From Armatimonadota bacterium (GTDB lineage Bacteria; Armatimonadota; HRBIN16): a DNA stretch of 64,000 nt. The DNA is taken from the NCBI GenBank assembly GCA_963677485.1, contig OY781964.1:3392001-3456000 (forward strand), in the 5' to 3' direction. The notes beneath the pieces are model-generated. The model was given only the letters and a program-made list of their open reading frames with translations. It ran no database searches and was not told the origin of the DNA. Both the position numbers and the translations under genes were made by a program. This document shows positions 10,300 through 18,290 of the stretch, piece after piece. How positions within the stretch are numbered: the stretch's first letter is position 1; each line of letters starts with the position of its first letter.

Positions 10300-11241
10300 A
10301 TGATAATAGACGTCCACACACATATATTTCGGCGCGTTCACGGGCAGATCGCCTCTGGGCCGACCCGCAGCATGGGGCAGGGACTCATCCAGATGGGAGA
10401 TCATCCACATCGGCTGATGCCACCTGGTGATGCGGAGACCACACATCCGGTGGAGGCCCTTATTGCGAAGATGGACGCTGCCGGTGTCGATAAGGCGATG
10501 CTTTTACAGGGTTCGCTCTACGGTGAGTGCAATGAGCTGGTGCTGCAGGCACTTGATGCCTATCCTGACCGCCTCTGGGCTGCCGCCTTCCTCGATATCT
10601 TCGTGTCAGACGCCCAGGCAGCCTATGAGCGTGCGTTCCAAGGCAAGGGGTTTCGTGCATTGAAGCTGGAGCTGTCTATGGAAACCGGGCTGATCGGACT
10701 GCATCCGGGTGCCTCCCTTGCCGACCACAACCTTGAGTGGCTCTGGAGTGCTTTGGAGGCGTCTGGGCAGGTGCTGGTGCTGGATATGGGCGGGGTGGGC
10801 AGCGAATCATACCAAACCGCCGCGGTCCGTCAGATAGCGCAAACGCATCCGGCACTGAACATCGTGATCGCCCACCTGGCTCAACCGAACTGGCAGGTGC
10901 TGCATGATCCTGCGTTGTGCTCCGAGTGGGCTGCACAGATTGAGCTGGGGCTGTTATCAAACGTCTGGTTTGATATGGCCGCGTTGCCGCTCTATCTACC
11001 AGCGGAAGCATACCCGTTCGCTTCGGCTTCCGAGTATCTCAAAAGAGCTGTGGATGTGATCGGCACCGACCGGCTGATGTGGGGCAGTGATATCCCGGGG
11101 CTATTGACCCGCGCGGATTACACCCATCTGTTAAGTTCCGCAGAACAACAGTTGGCATTTTTAGGTGAGGCCGAACGGCAGCGGGTGATGGGTGGGAACG
11201 CCTGGCGGTTGTATGGCGCTACCGGTAAGTGGAAGGGTTGA
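10300..11241 (+). CDS. Amidohydrolase family 2 protein (possible sugar lactonase)
   Basis: IIDVHTH, IAHLA and RLMWGSDIP motifs; GGNAWRLY near the C-terminus. Confidence 0.85.
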   Translation: MIIDVHTHIFRRVHGQIASGPTRSMGQGLIQMGDHPHRLMPPGDAETTHPVEALIAKMDAAGVDKAMLLQGSLYGECNELVLQALDAYPDRLWAAAFLDIFVSDAQAAYERAFQGKGFRALKLELSMETGLIGLHPGASLADHNLEWLWSALEASGQVLVLDMGGVGSESYQTAAVRQIAQTHPALNIVIAHLAQPNWQVLHDPALCSEWAAQIELGLLSNVWFDMAALPLYLPAEAYPFASASEYLKRAVDVIGTDRLMWGSDIPGLLTRADYTHLLSSAEQQLAFLGEAERQRVMGGNAWRLYGATGKWKG

Positions 11242-11286
11242 TGCCACTGCAGCTCAGATAGTAACTGATGCGGTTGCTTTCATTGC

Positions 11287-11446
11287 CTATGTCCGGGGCG
11301 GTCTGTGCGCAGGCTAGCGGTTGCAGATGGCTCGAGACCGCGCCGGTCTGGCGGACAGCCATGAAAGATTTGTTTCGGGAACAAGACCGGCGCGGTCTAT
11401 ACACAGTGGCCTCCGTAGGCGTATTGACAGACCGCCCCGGACATAG
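11287..11446. repeat. Nested inverted-repeat element (REP/MITE-like), 160 bp
   Basis: Perfect 20-bp outer IR ctatgtccggggcggtctgt (11287-11306 / 11427-11446) and perfect 15-bp inner IR agaccgcgccggtct (11335-11349 / 11384-11398). Confidence 0.75.
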
Positions 11447-11494
11447 CCAATCAAGTTACTTACAGGGGCATCACATGACATGCCCCCGTGTAGA

Positions 11495-13438
11495 CTAGAT
11501 AAATATCTTGTACAGTGACACACCCGTCATAGGACCGAGTATGGCCAGGATGCAGCCCACGGTGTAGTCACCTAACACCAACCCGAGGAAGAAGGGCACC
11601 GCTTTCTTGTATAGCTTCATCCCGCCGATCTGGATCATAGAACCTTTAATGACCCAGGCGATGAGGAAGCTGAACCAGAAATAGTCCATCGCGAAACTGA
11701 CGGCCAGCGCATATCCCGCCGGATGCAACGGCCACCAGGGAAGGGCTGTTCTGGCCACGCGTAAAATGCCCACAATCGCCGCACCCACCGCCATCGCCAC
11801 GTTGCTGTCCATCCGCCAGGGTTGGCTGATAGATATCCAGTTGTTCAGTTTGTTGAAGGACTCACCACCGACCCACGATTTGAACCCAATGGCTGCCTTG
11901 GCGGTGCCTCCATATATGAAGGTTACATGCAGGTTCGCCCAGCAGGCACTGACGTATCCCACCACAGTGGCCAGCAGGATCAGCCAGATCAGTGTACTCA
12001 TCACGCCCACGCGCTCATACATCTTCATCGCCTCTAGCTGGTTGGGCATGGGGTGCGCACGGTAACCGCGGTTAAACCAGTAGAAGCTGCTCATGGCGGT
12101 CAGGTCCTGGTTTTTGAAGCCGGACTTGCCAATAAATGTGCCCATGATGTCCTGCGGATGCACAAAATAGATCTCATGCGGGGTTCCCAGTTCTGCTCGG
12201 ACGCGGGTGATAGCCAGCGCGAGTATCAAGTATATCCCGAAGAACGCCGTGGCGATGCCTGCTCCAAACCCGGCCATCTTAGCGAACAACCCGATCACAA
12301 TACAGCAGACCAGAAAAGTGATGAAGGCGGTGCGGTATTGGCTCACCTCCTCGCGATTACTACCAGCTCCTCGCCAGGCGATGCGCCAGGAATCGCGGAT
12401 GGCATGTCTTGCTGCGAAGGCTAACGCGATACCCATCGCCATCCAGGCACCGCTGCCCTGCTCAATGAACCAGGGGAAGGTGCTCTGACCAGAAGCAAAA
12501 CCTTGTGTCACACCCCATACCTGGAACAGCCGTCGGGCGATGTAGAAGAACCAGCAGGAAAAGCCAAGGTCCAAAGGGGTGAAGAACGCCAGTCCAATCG
12601 CAAAGGGATACATATTAAACTGTGTGTCTGCGATCACATTCCACGGAGGCGATTGCGTGAAGTCCTGCATCTTCAGCCCTTTGACGAATGTGAGATAGGG
12701 CACGTTCGGGATGAAATCATGCAGACCATTGATGCCCGATATCGTGGCAGCTAATGCAAATCCCGCCCAGAGCAGCGGCATCTTGTAGAGCGACTGCCCG
12801 TCGATACCGGCACACATCGCCATCGGAAGTTGGATCAGCGGGAAGGTGAGCTTCTCCTGCTCACTCCATAGCCGCCTCACAAGCAGGTTCATGCTGAGTG
12901 CAATCCCCACAAGAGCGAACACCAGTATCGACCAGAGCGCGAGCGGTGCGATGAACGGCATGAACAGCTTGGGGTTGTTGGGGTCGGCGTTGCCGTTGTA
13001 GAGCGCTTTGACCGCCAGCGGGTCATCGACAAACAGGTGGGGAGGCAGGTATTTATACCAGGTGTCCCAGCTGGGGTTCATCGGCTTGAAATGGGCGGGA
13101 TGGGCGATCACACCAAACAGGTTCTGCACCATATCGTGCGCGGCCATTGAGGCACCGATCACCACAAGGATGTAAAGAGTGATCAGCTCCCCAGGGCTCA
13201 TGGCGAGCGATGGTTTCAGACGCTTGACCAGCAGATTGAACAGAGTCACCAGGAAAAGAATGAAAATAGGAGTGATGAAAAGCGGCAAACAGGAGCCGTC
13301 AAGAGAGTAATATCTTATCTCAATTAACGTGATCCAGTAGTTGTTGATCAGTATCAACACTATCCCAAGAAGCACGGTGCGCAAGCTTGCAGGGGAGCGG
13401 TGGCCGGGTTCAATGGAAGCCGAGGAACTTTTCGACAT
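11495..13438 (-). CDS. Polytopic membrane protein, DUF6785/DUF6784-like (putative transporter)
   Basis: 647 aa with many TM segments; motifs LVRRLWSEQEKLTFPL, TRVRAELG, WWPLHPAGY and PFFLGLVLG, recalled for this family. Confidence 0.7.
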   Translation of the reverse strand: MSKSSSASIEPGHRSPASLRTVLLGIVLILINNYWITLIEIRYYSLDGSCLPLFITPIFILFLVTLFNLLVKRLKPSLAMSPGELITLYILVVIGASMAAHDMVQNLFGVIAHPAHFKPMNPSWDTWYKYLPPHLFVDDPLAVKALYNGNADPNNPKLFMPFIAPLALWSILVFALVGIALSMNLLVRRLWSEQEKLTFPLIQLPMAMCAGIDGQSLYKMPLLWAGFALAATISGINGLHDFIPNVPYLTFVKGLKMQDFTQSPPWNVIADTQFNMYPFAIGLAFFTPLDLGFSCWFFYIARRLFQVWGVTQGFASGQSTFPWFIEQGSGAWMAMGIALAFAARHAIRDSWRIAWRGAGSNREEVSQYRTAFITFLVCCIVIGLFAKMAGFGAGIATAFFGIYLILALAITRVRAELGTPHEIYFVHPQDIMGTFIGKSGFKNQDLTAMSSFYWFNRGYRAHPMPNQLEAMKMYERVGVMSTLIWLILLATVVGYVSACWANLHVTFIYGGTAKAAIGFKSWVGGESFNKLNNWISISQPWRMDSNVAMAVGAAIVGILRVARTALPWWPLHPAGYALAVSFAMDYFWFSFLIAWVIKGSMIQIGGMKLYKKAVPFFLGLVLGDYTVGCILAILGPMTGVSLYKIFI

Positions 13439-13604
13439 GCCAAACCTCAGTATATGAACAACCTAATCACAATTGTACACCAATACCTGGAAATCCTTCA
13501 GTTGACCATCCGGCCTAGCCTATCATTGCGGATACGGGCGGTCCGGGTGAAGCTGAGCCTAGAACACTGTATAATAAGCCAATAGGTCAAGGAGAACGCC
13601 AGCC

Positions 13605-16421
13605 ATGCAATCAGCACAATTGAACAAAAATCTACTATCGCAATTCGGTATCACAGCTTCAGAGCTGTGTGGCTACTGGCGGTTTTTTGAGGCTGGCGAT
13701 GTGAAGGGGCTTCGCAAGTCGATGACGGCCGACAAGCTGACTCCAGGCATGAGCACACTGAGCTTGAGATCAAAAGAGAGTGTGGAGTTCGCAAACCGCG
13801 ATGGGCTGTGGGGGCATGATCGCTTCACCATCAACTTCTGGCTGAGGCTGCGCACAGAGCCTGGTGATCATGTCGCGCTGATCACCAAGGGTTCGGTGGC
13901 GCCATACGAGTTTCGCATCCATTTTGGTATCAACTCCAAGTTTACCTTCGGCTCTGAGAAGATTAGCTGGTACGGTGCCCACTCATCGCAGTCGGTGTGG
14001 ACAGGGCTGGATGCGACCACTCTGTGTGACAAATGGACGATGCTCTCACTGAGCATGGATAACGGCACCATACGCTCATATATAGACGGTCAGATAGACA
14101 CCGAGAGTATGGCCTATGACACCGGCAAAATGAACAGCACCACATCGCCGATTATTGTGGGAGCCGAAACGCTATATAAAATCCCCGGGATTGACGGCTG
14201 GATCGGTGAGCTCGCGATTATCAAGCGCGCCCTCCCGGAAGTTGAGCTACAAGGCCTCTACGCGAAATACTGCGAGCAGGTTCCTGAGCTTAAGCCGCCA
14301 GTGCCACGTCCGGCTGGTCTGGCGACCCTGCAAACCCGTTCTGTCACCCCTCTTAAAGGTGTGGATCCGGTGTTTGAGCAGCCAGGCCCTGAGTATCGGT
14401 TGACGCAGTTCGCGCAGGGGTGGGTGCCGCCGCTGGTCAACCTGGAAGACTACGGCATCGGCAACATCCAATTGGGTGTCGCTCACGAAAACTATCTGCG
14501 CGATGAAACAGCCTGGGATGATGTACTCACGCTTTACGATCAGGCCAAGAAGCGTGGCATTGGCTTCTGGCTGGCAGACGATGATCAGTATCCGGGTTCT
14601 GCAGCCGGTGGACTGACAGTAGACGGCCATCCTGAGTTGGCTTCCATAGGCGTTTACCAGCATGTGGAATACGGAACTGGGTTGATTGCCATCACGGTGA
14701 AGCTGCCGAAAGAGGCACTCCGAATTGTGGCGGCGGTGCTGTACCCCATGGAAAAGGGTGGTATTCAATACAAGAAGGGCGTGGTCTTTCAAACCGACGG
14801 ACAAACCGCTGCCACAAACGGGATGAACGGCCGTTGGGCCTTCTGTGTCTATATCTCTAAGAAGATGCTGGGTTACTCGGAGCGGCGCGAATACTGGCTG
14901 AACAAGGGCGAGATGCCCAACCTGTTGAACCCAAAGGCCATCAAGCGGTTTATCGAACTCACTTATGATACTTATAAGCAGCGTTTGGGCAGCCGGTTCC
15001 GTGATGTGATCGCCTTCTACACCGGCGAGACCTCGCTGGACACCACTGTGACCCTATTTGGTGCGCCGTGGCCGAAGAACCCCGAGGCCTACATCCCGTG
15101 GGAGGACGGCCTCCAGAATACATTCCGGTCTGACCACGGTTATGAACTGGCTCCATGCCTTGCGGCCTTGTTTGCTCCGAAGTCCGACGAGGGCAATATC
15201 ATCCGACACCACTTCTGGCAGAGCGTGGGCAATATGGTCTCAAAAAACTGCTTTGGTCAGATGGAGGCCTGGTGTAAAAAGAACGGCGCGGGCCTGTCGG
15301 GTCACCTGGTCGATGAGGAGGTCATGACCCATCATGTATGCATGTATGGCGACTTCATGCAGCAGATGTCTCACTTCAAGATACCGGGATATGACCATTA
15401 TATGTATAAGCACGGGCTAAGCCAGACCACCAACCTGATGATCCAGCGGTATGCCTATTCCGAAGGCCGTGCTCGCGGTGTGCATGTCGCTCAGTCGTTG
15501 ATTGAGCCGATTGTGACAGGCTGGTTCGACTTCGAATCCGGCAAGATGCGTAAAATACCCATCAGCGTGCTGCGTCGCAACATGAACATGATGTTCGCAG
15601 GCGGTGCCAGCATCATCAACAGCTATCTGTATTGGGGCATGTATCCAGCGCACATATACCGTGAGTTGACCGACTACGCCGCGAGGCTTTCATACCTGCT
15701 GCGCGGTGCCCGTGATCTTGCGAAGGTGGCGGTATACTACCCCATCGAGACATTCCAGGGACGCTACCGGCCGACGGTCAATGATGCCTTCAGCTTCGTG
15801 AATGATTCGGAATACAGCACGCTGCAGTCAAGGCAAAACGCGCTGTGTGAGGAACTCTTCAAGCACAATATCAGCTTCAACTATCTGAACGCAGAGGCCA
15901 TCGGAAAAGCGGTGCCGGCAGGACGGTCTTTGCGGATCGCCGGTTATGATTATCGTGTGATGATCATGCCTGATATGGACATCATCCCACTATCGGTACT
16001 GGAGAAGCTGAAGAGATTCCAATCGCATGGGGGAACGCTCATCTGGGCAGGCAAGCTGCCGCATCTTGGCGATAGTGACACGGAGACACCTCAGGTGAAG
16101 CGGATGCTGGCAGATGCGGTGTGCATCAACGACCCCAAACGACTTGCAGACAAGTTGCGGGGAGTGGGTGAGGGGGAACTGACAGTAAAGGCTTCGGTGC
16201 CCGAAAAACTCCACCATGTGCCTTTTGAACGCATGGTCGACAGGCATATGAGGAATATCCACCTTCTGGTCAATGATCACAGCGGCACGAATGAGGTGGA
16301 AATACGCGGGAGTGGTCAAGGGGCGCTCTACGATCCCTGGAAGGGCGACTACGCCACCGTCAGCCTGCCTCTGACCGTAAGCATCGGTGAGTATTACGCG
16401 CTGGTACTGGTGACCGGCTAG
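13605..16421 (+). CDS. LamG-domain + GH106-like (alpha-L-rhamnosidase-like) glycoside hydrolase, paralog 1
   Basis: N-terminal LamG-like jelly roll (FTINFW...YIDG...IGELAI), then WLADDDQYPGSAAGG, NLLNPKAIKRFIELTY, WCKKNG..LSGH and YAARLSYLL. AAGGAG RBS. Confidence 0.7.
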   Translation: MQSAQLNKNLLSQFGITASELCGYWRFFEAGDVKGLRKSMTADKLTPGMSTLSLRSKESVEFANRDGLWGHDRFTINFWLRLRTEPGDHVALITKGSVAPYEFRIHFGINSKFTFGSEKISWYGAHSSQSVWTGLDATTLCDKWTMLSLSMDNGTIRSYIDGQIDTESMAYDTGKMNSTTSPIIVGAETLYKIPGIDGWIGELAIIKRALPEVELQGLYAKYCEQVPELKPPVPRPAGLATLQTRSVTPLKGVDPVFEQPGPEYRLTQFAQGWVPPLVNLEDYGIGNIQLGVAHENYLRDETAWDDVLTLYDQAKKRGIGFWLADDDQYPGSAAGGLTVDGHPELASIGVYQHVEYGTGLIAITVKLPKEALRIVAAVLYPMEKGGIQYKKGVVFQTDGQTAATNGMNGRWAFCVYISKKMLGYSERREYWLNKGEMPNLLNPKAIKRFIELTYDTYKQRLGSRFRDVIAFYTGETSLDTTVTLFGAPWPKNPEAYIPWEDGLQNTFRSDHGYELAPCLAALFAPKSDEGNIIRHHFWQSVGNMVSKNCFGQMEAWCKKNGAGLSGHLVDEEVMTHHVCMYGDFMQQMSHFKIPGYDHYMYKHGLSQTTNLMIQRYAYSEGRARGVHVAQSLIEPIVTGWFDFESGKMRKIPISVLRRNMNMMFAGGASIINSYLYWGMYPAHIYRELTDYAARLSYLLRGARDLAKVAVYYPIETFQGRYRPTVNDAFSFVNDSEYSTLQSRQNALCEELFKHNISFNYLNAEAIGKAVPAGRSLRIAGYDYRVMIMPDMDIIPLSVLEKLKRFQSHGGTLIWAGKLPHLGDSDTETPQVKRMLADAVCINDPKRLADKLRGVGEGELTVKASVPEKLHHVPFERMVDRHMRNIHLLVNDHSGTNEVEIRGSGQGALYDPWKGDYATVSLPLTVSIGEYYALVLVTG

Positions 16422-16482
16422 GTTATCGAGCATACCGCAGTTTACATAAGGTATAAAGGGTATGTGAATACGGAGGATCATC

Positions 16483-18123
16483 ATGAAACCACTTGACCAA
16501 AACACAGCATCCGACGGCTATACGCTCTTCGTCAAGCCTGTCGATATCCTGCAGACGCCTGACAAGAAGGCTTGGGCGAACTACACCATCTATGACACCG
16601 TGGACAGCTGCTATTATGCGCTGTTCTGCACGGGACGAAAGTCAGAGCAGAACCCCAGCGCATACCCGTATGGGTTGGATGTTGCCTCGTCCACCGACGG
16701 GGTCCACTGGAAGTTCATCTCCCGAGATGCGGTCGAAATCCCAGGGGCCCATGCAGGCTTCGGCATCAAGCGGATCGGTGAATACTTCTACTACTACCCC
16801 ACGTGCTCCAACCCGGATCAGGGGGTACATTTCAAGGTCTACCGCACACGGAACTTCAAACAATGGGAGTATGTGGGCCAGCAGTTTGATGTGGCACCCG
16901 ACCGCAGCCTGTATCACGAACGCTGGGACGAAATGCACGTGATAGAGGAGGTGGAGGACGGCGATACCATCTACTACGGCTACATCTCCTCGGAGACCAG
17001 GGAGGATATCGGCGAACCCGGCGTCGCGATGCTGAAAAGCCGCGACGGCATCTCCTGGCAGGTGCTGCCGCCCGTCACCATTGAGTGGGGAGAGCTTCCA
17101 TCACACCACATGGAGCTGAACTTCGTGGAGAAGATTGATGGCCGATACTACCTCAATGCCTCTGGCCGGATGTATCTCGATAGCTATGGGTATGCCATCT
17201 ACACCTTCATCGGTGACTCACCAGCCGGACCGTTCAGACCGGATCGCGAGATGTTCCGACTTGCCGGTCACTCGCGGGCCTGCATCACCTGGCTCGGACA
17301 CACGCTTGATACACCCGACGGATTTCTGGTGGCACTCTGGCTCAGCCATGATCGTAACCCGGATATCCCCAGCCAAAGCTTCGCCATCGGCCCGTTGAAG
17401 CGGCTGAACTGCGAGAATGGCCACCTTCGCCTTGGATACTGGAAGAAGAATGACGCGGCGAAGGGACGTGGTTTGGCGCTTGATATGCAAAAATGCGTGT
17501 TGGCCCACCCTGCTGCTGCGGTGAAGACTGTTCGCGACACACTCCATGCGCTGGGTACCGGAAACCTGGTGCTTTCCGCATCGCGCGACGGGGGCGTTGT
17601 TCTGCTGGATATGCCATTCGATCGGCAAAAAGGCTTCATCATTGAGGGCTGTATGAAAGTCAGCGAGAACCGTGGGCACATCGCCACTCACCAGCATGCC
17701 GCTGCCGCCGGATTCTATTTCGAAGCTGAGCCTGGGAGTGGCGTCGCGATGGTACTCGACACTCTGGGTGTGACGAGAAGCGGCAATTTGCGATACGCCG
17801 ACCATAAGATCACAGATCAGAATATCTACGCCGATTCCGGTGATGGTATGGTTCAGGCCCGCTCAGGCGAGCTTCAGGGCACCCTTGCGTTTGACTTCAA
17901 TGACACCGTGGGACCTTTTGGGCACGCCTCATATGGCGGTGTTCGCCATATGAAGATGCACCACTTCCGGCTGATTGCACAGGGCGACTACTTCGAGCTC
18001 TACATCGACGATCTGTATGTGCAGACCTACTTGCTGCCTGAAACCATGACAGGCAGGGTAGGGTTGATGGGCTTCGATGGGGTGTGCGAATACACGGAAG
18101 TCACAGCCTGGGAGATCAATTAG
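16483..18123 (+). CDS. GH32/GH43-like five-bladed beta-propeller + beta-sandwich protein
   Basis: Asp-box-like ASSTDGVHW and KSRDGISW; ERWDE; E...VEKIDGRYYL; C-terminal ELYIDD sandwich motif. Confidence 0.55.
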   Translation: MKPLDQNTASDGYTLFVKPVDILQTPDKKAWANYTIYDTVDSCYYALFCTGRKSEQNPSAYPYGLDVASSTDGVHWKFISRDAVEIPGAHAGFGIKRIGEYFYYYPTCSNPDQGVHFKVYRTRNFKQWEYVGQQFDVAPDRSLYHERWDEMHVIEEVEDGDTIYYGYISSETREDIGEPGVAMLKSRDGISWQVLPPVTIEWGELPSHHMELNFVEKIDGRYYLNASGRMYLDSYGYAIYTFIGDSPAGPFRPDREMFRLAGHSRACITWLGHTLDTPDGFLVALWLSHDRNPDIPSQSFAIGPLKRLNCENGHLRLGYWKKNDAAKGRGLALDMQKCVLAHPAAAVKTVRDTLHALGTGNLVLSASRDGGVVLLDMPFDRQKGFIIEGCMKVSENRGHIATHQHAAAAGFYFEAEPGSGVAMVLDTLGVTRSGNLRYADHKITDQNIYADSGDGMVQARSGELQGTLAFDFNDTVGPFGHASYGGVRHMKMHHFRLIAQGDYFELYIDDLYVQTYLLPETMTGRVGLMGFDGVCEYTEVTAWEIN

Positions 18124-18146
18124 TAGCCATCAGTGACTATTCAACC

Positions 18147-18182
18147 TCACGCGAAGCCGCGAAGACGCGACGGTAATGACCA
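18147..18182 (+). repeat. 8-nt-period CGCGAAG mini-repeat element (copy A)
   Basis: tcacgcgaagccgcgaagacgcgacggtaatgacc; nearly collinear with the copy at about 57598. Confidence 0.6.
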
Positions 18183-18290
18183 CGCGGTTTGTCCGTTAGG
18201 GAAATTCGCGAATCGCCCTGGGTCACGGAGTTCTAAGGATATCTATCATTACTATACAGCCGTCAACATAAACCAAGGAGTTACCAAATA

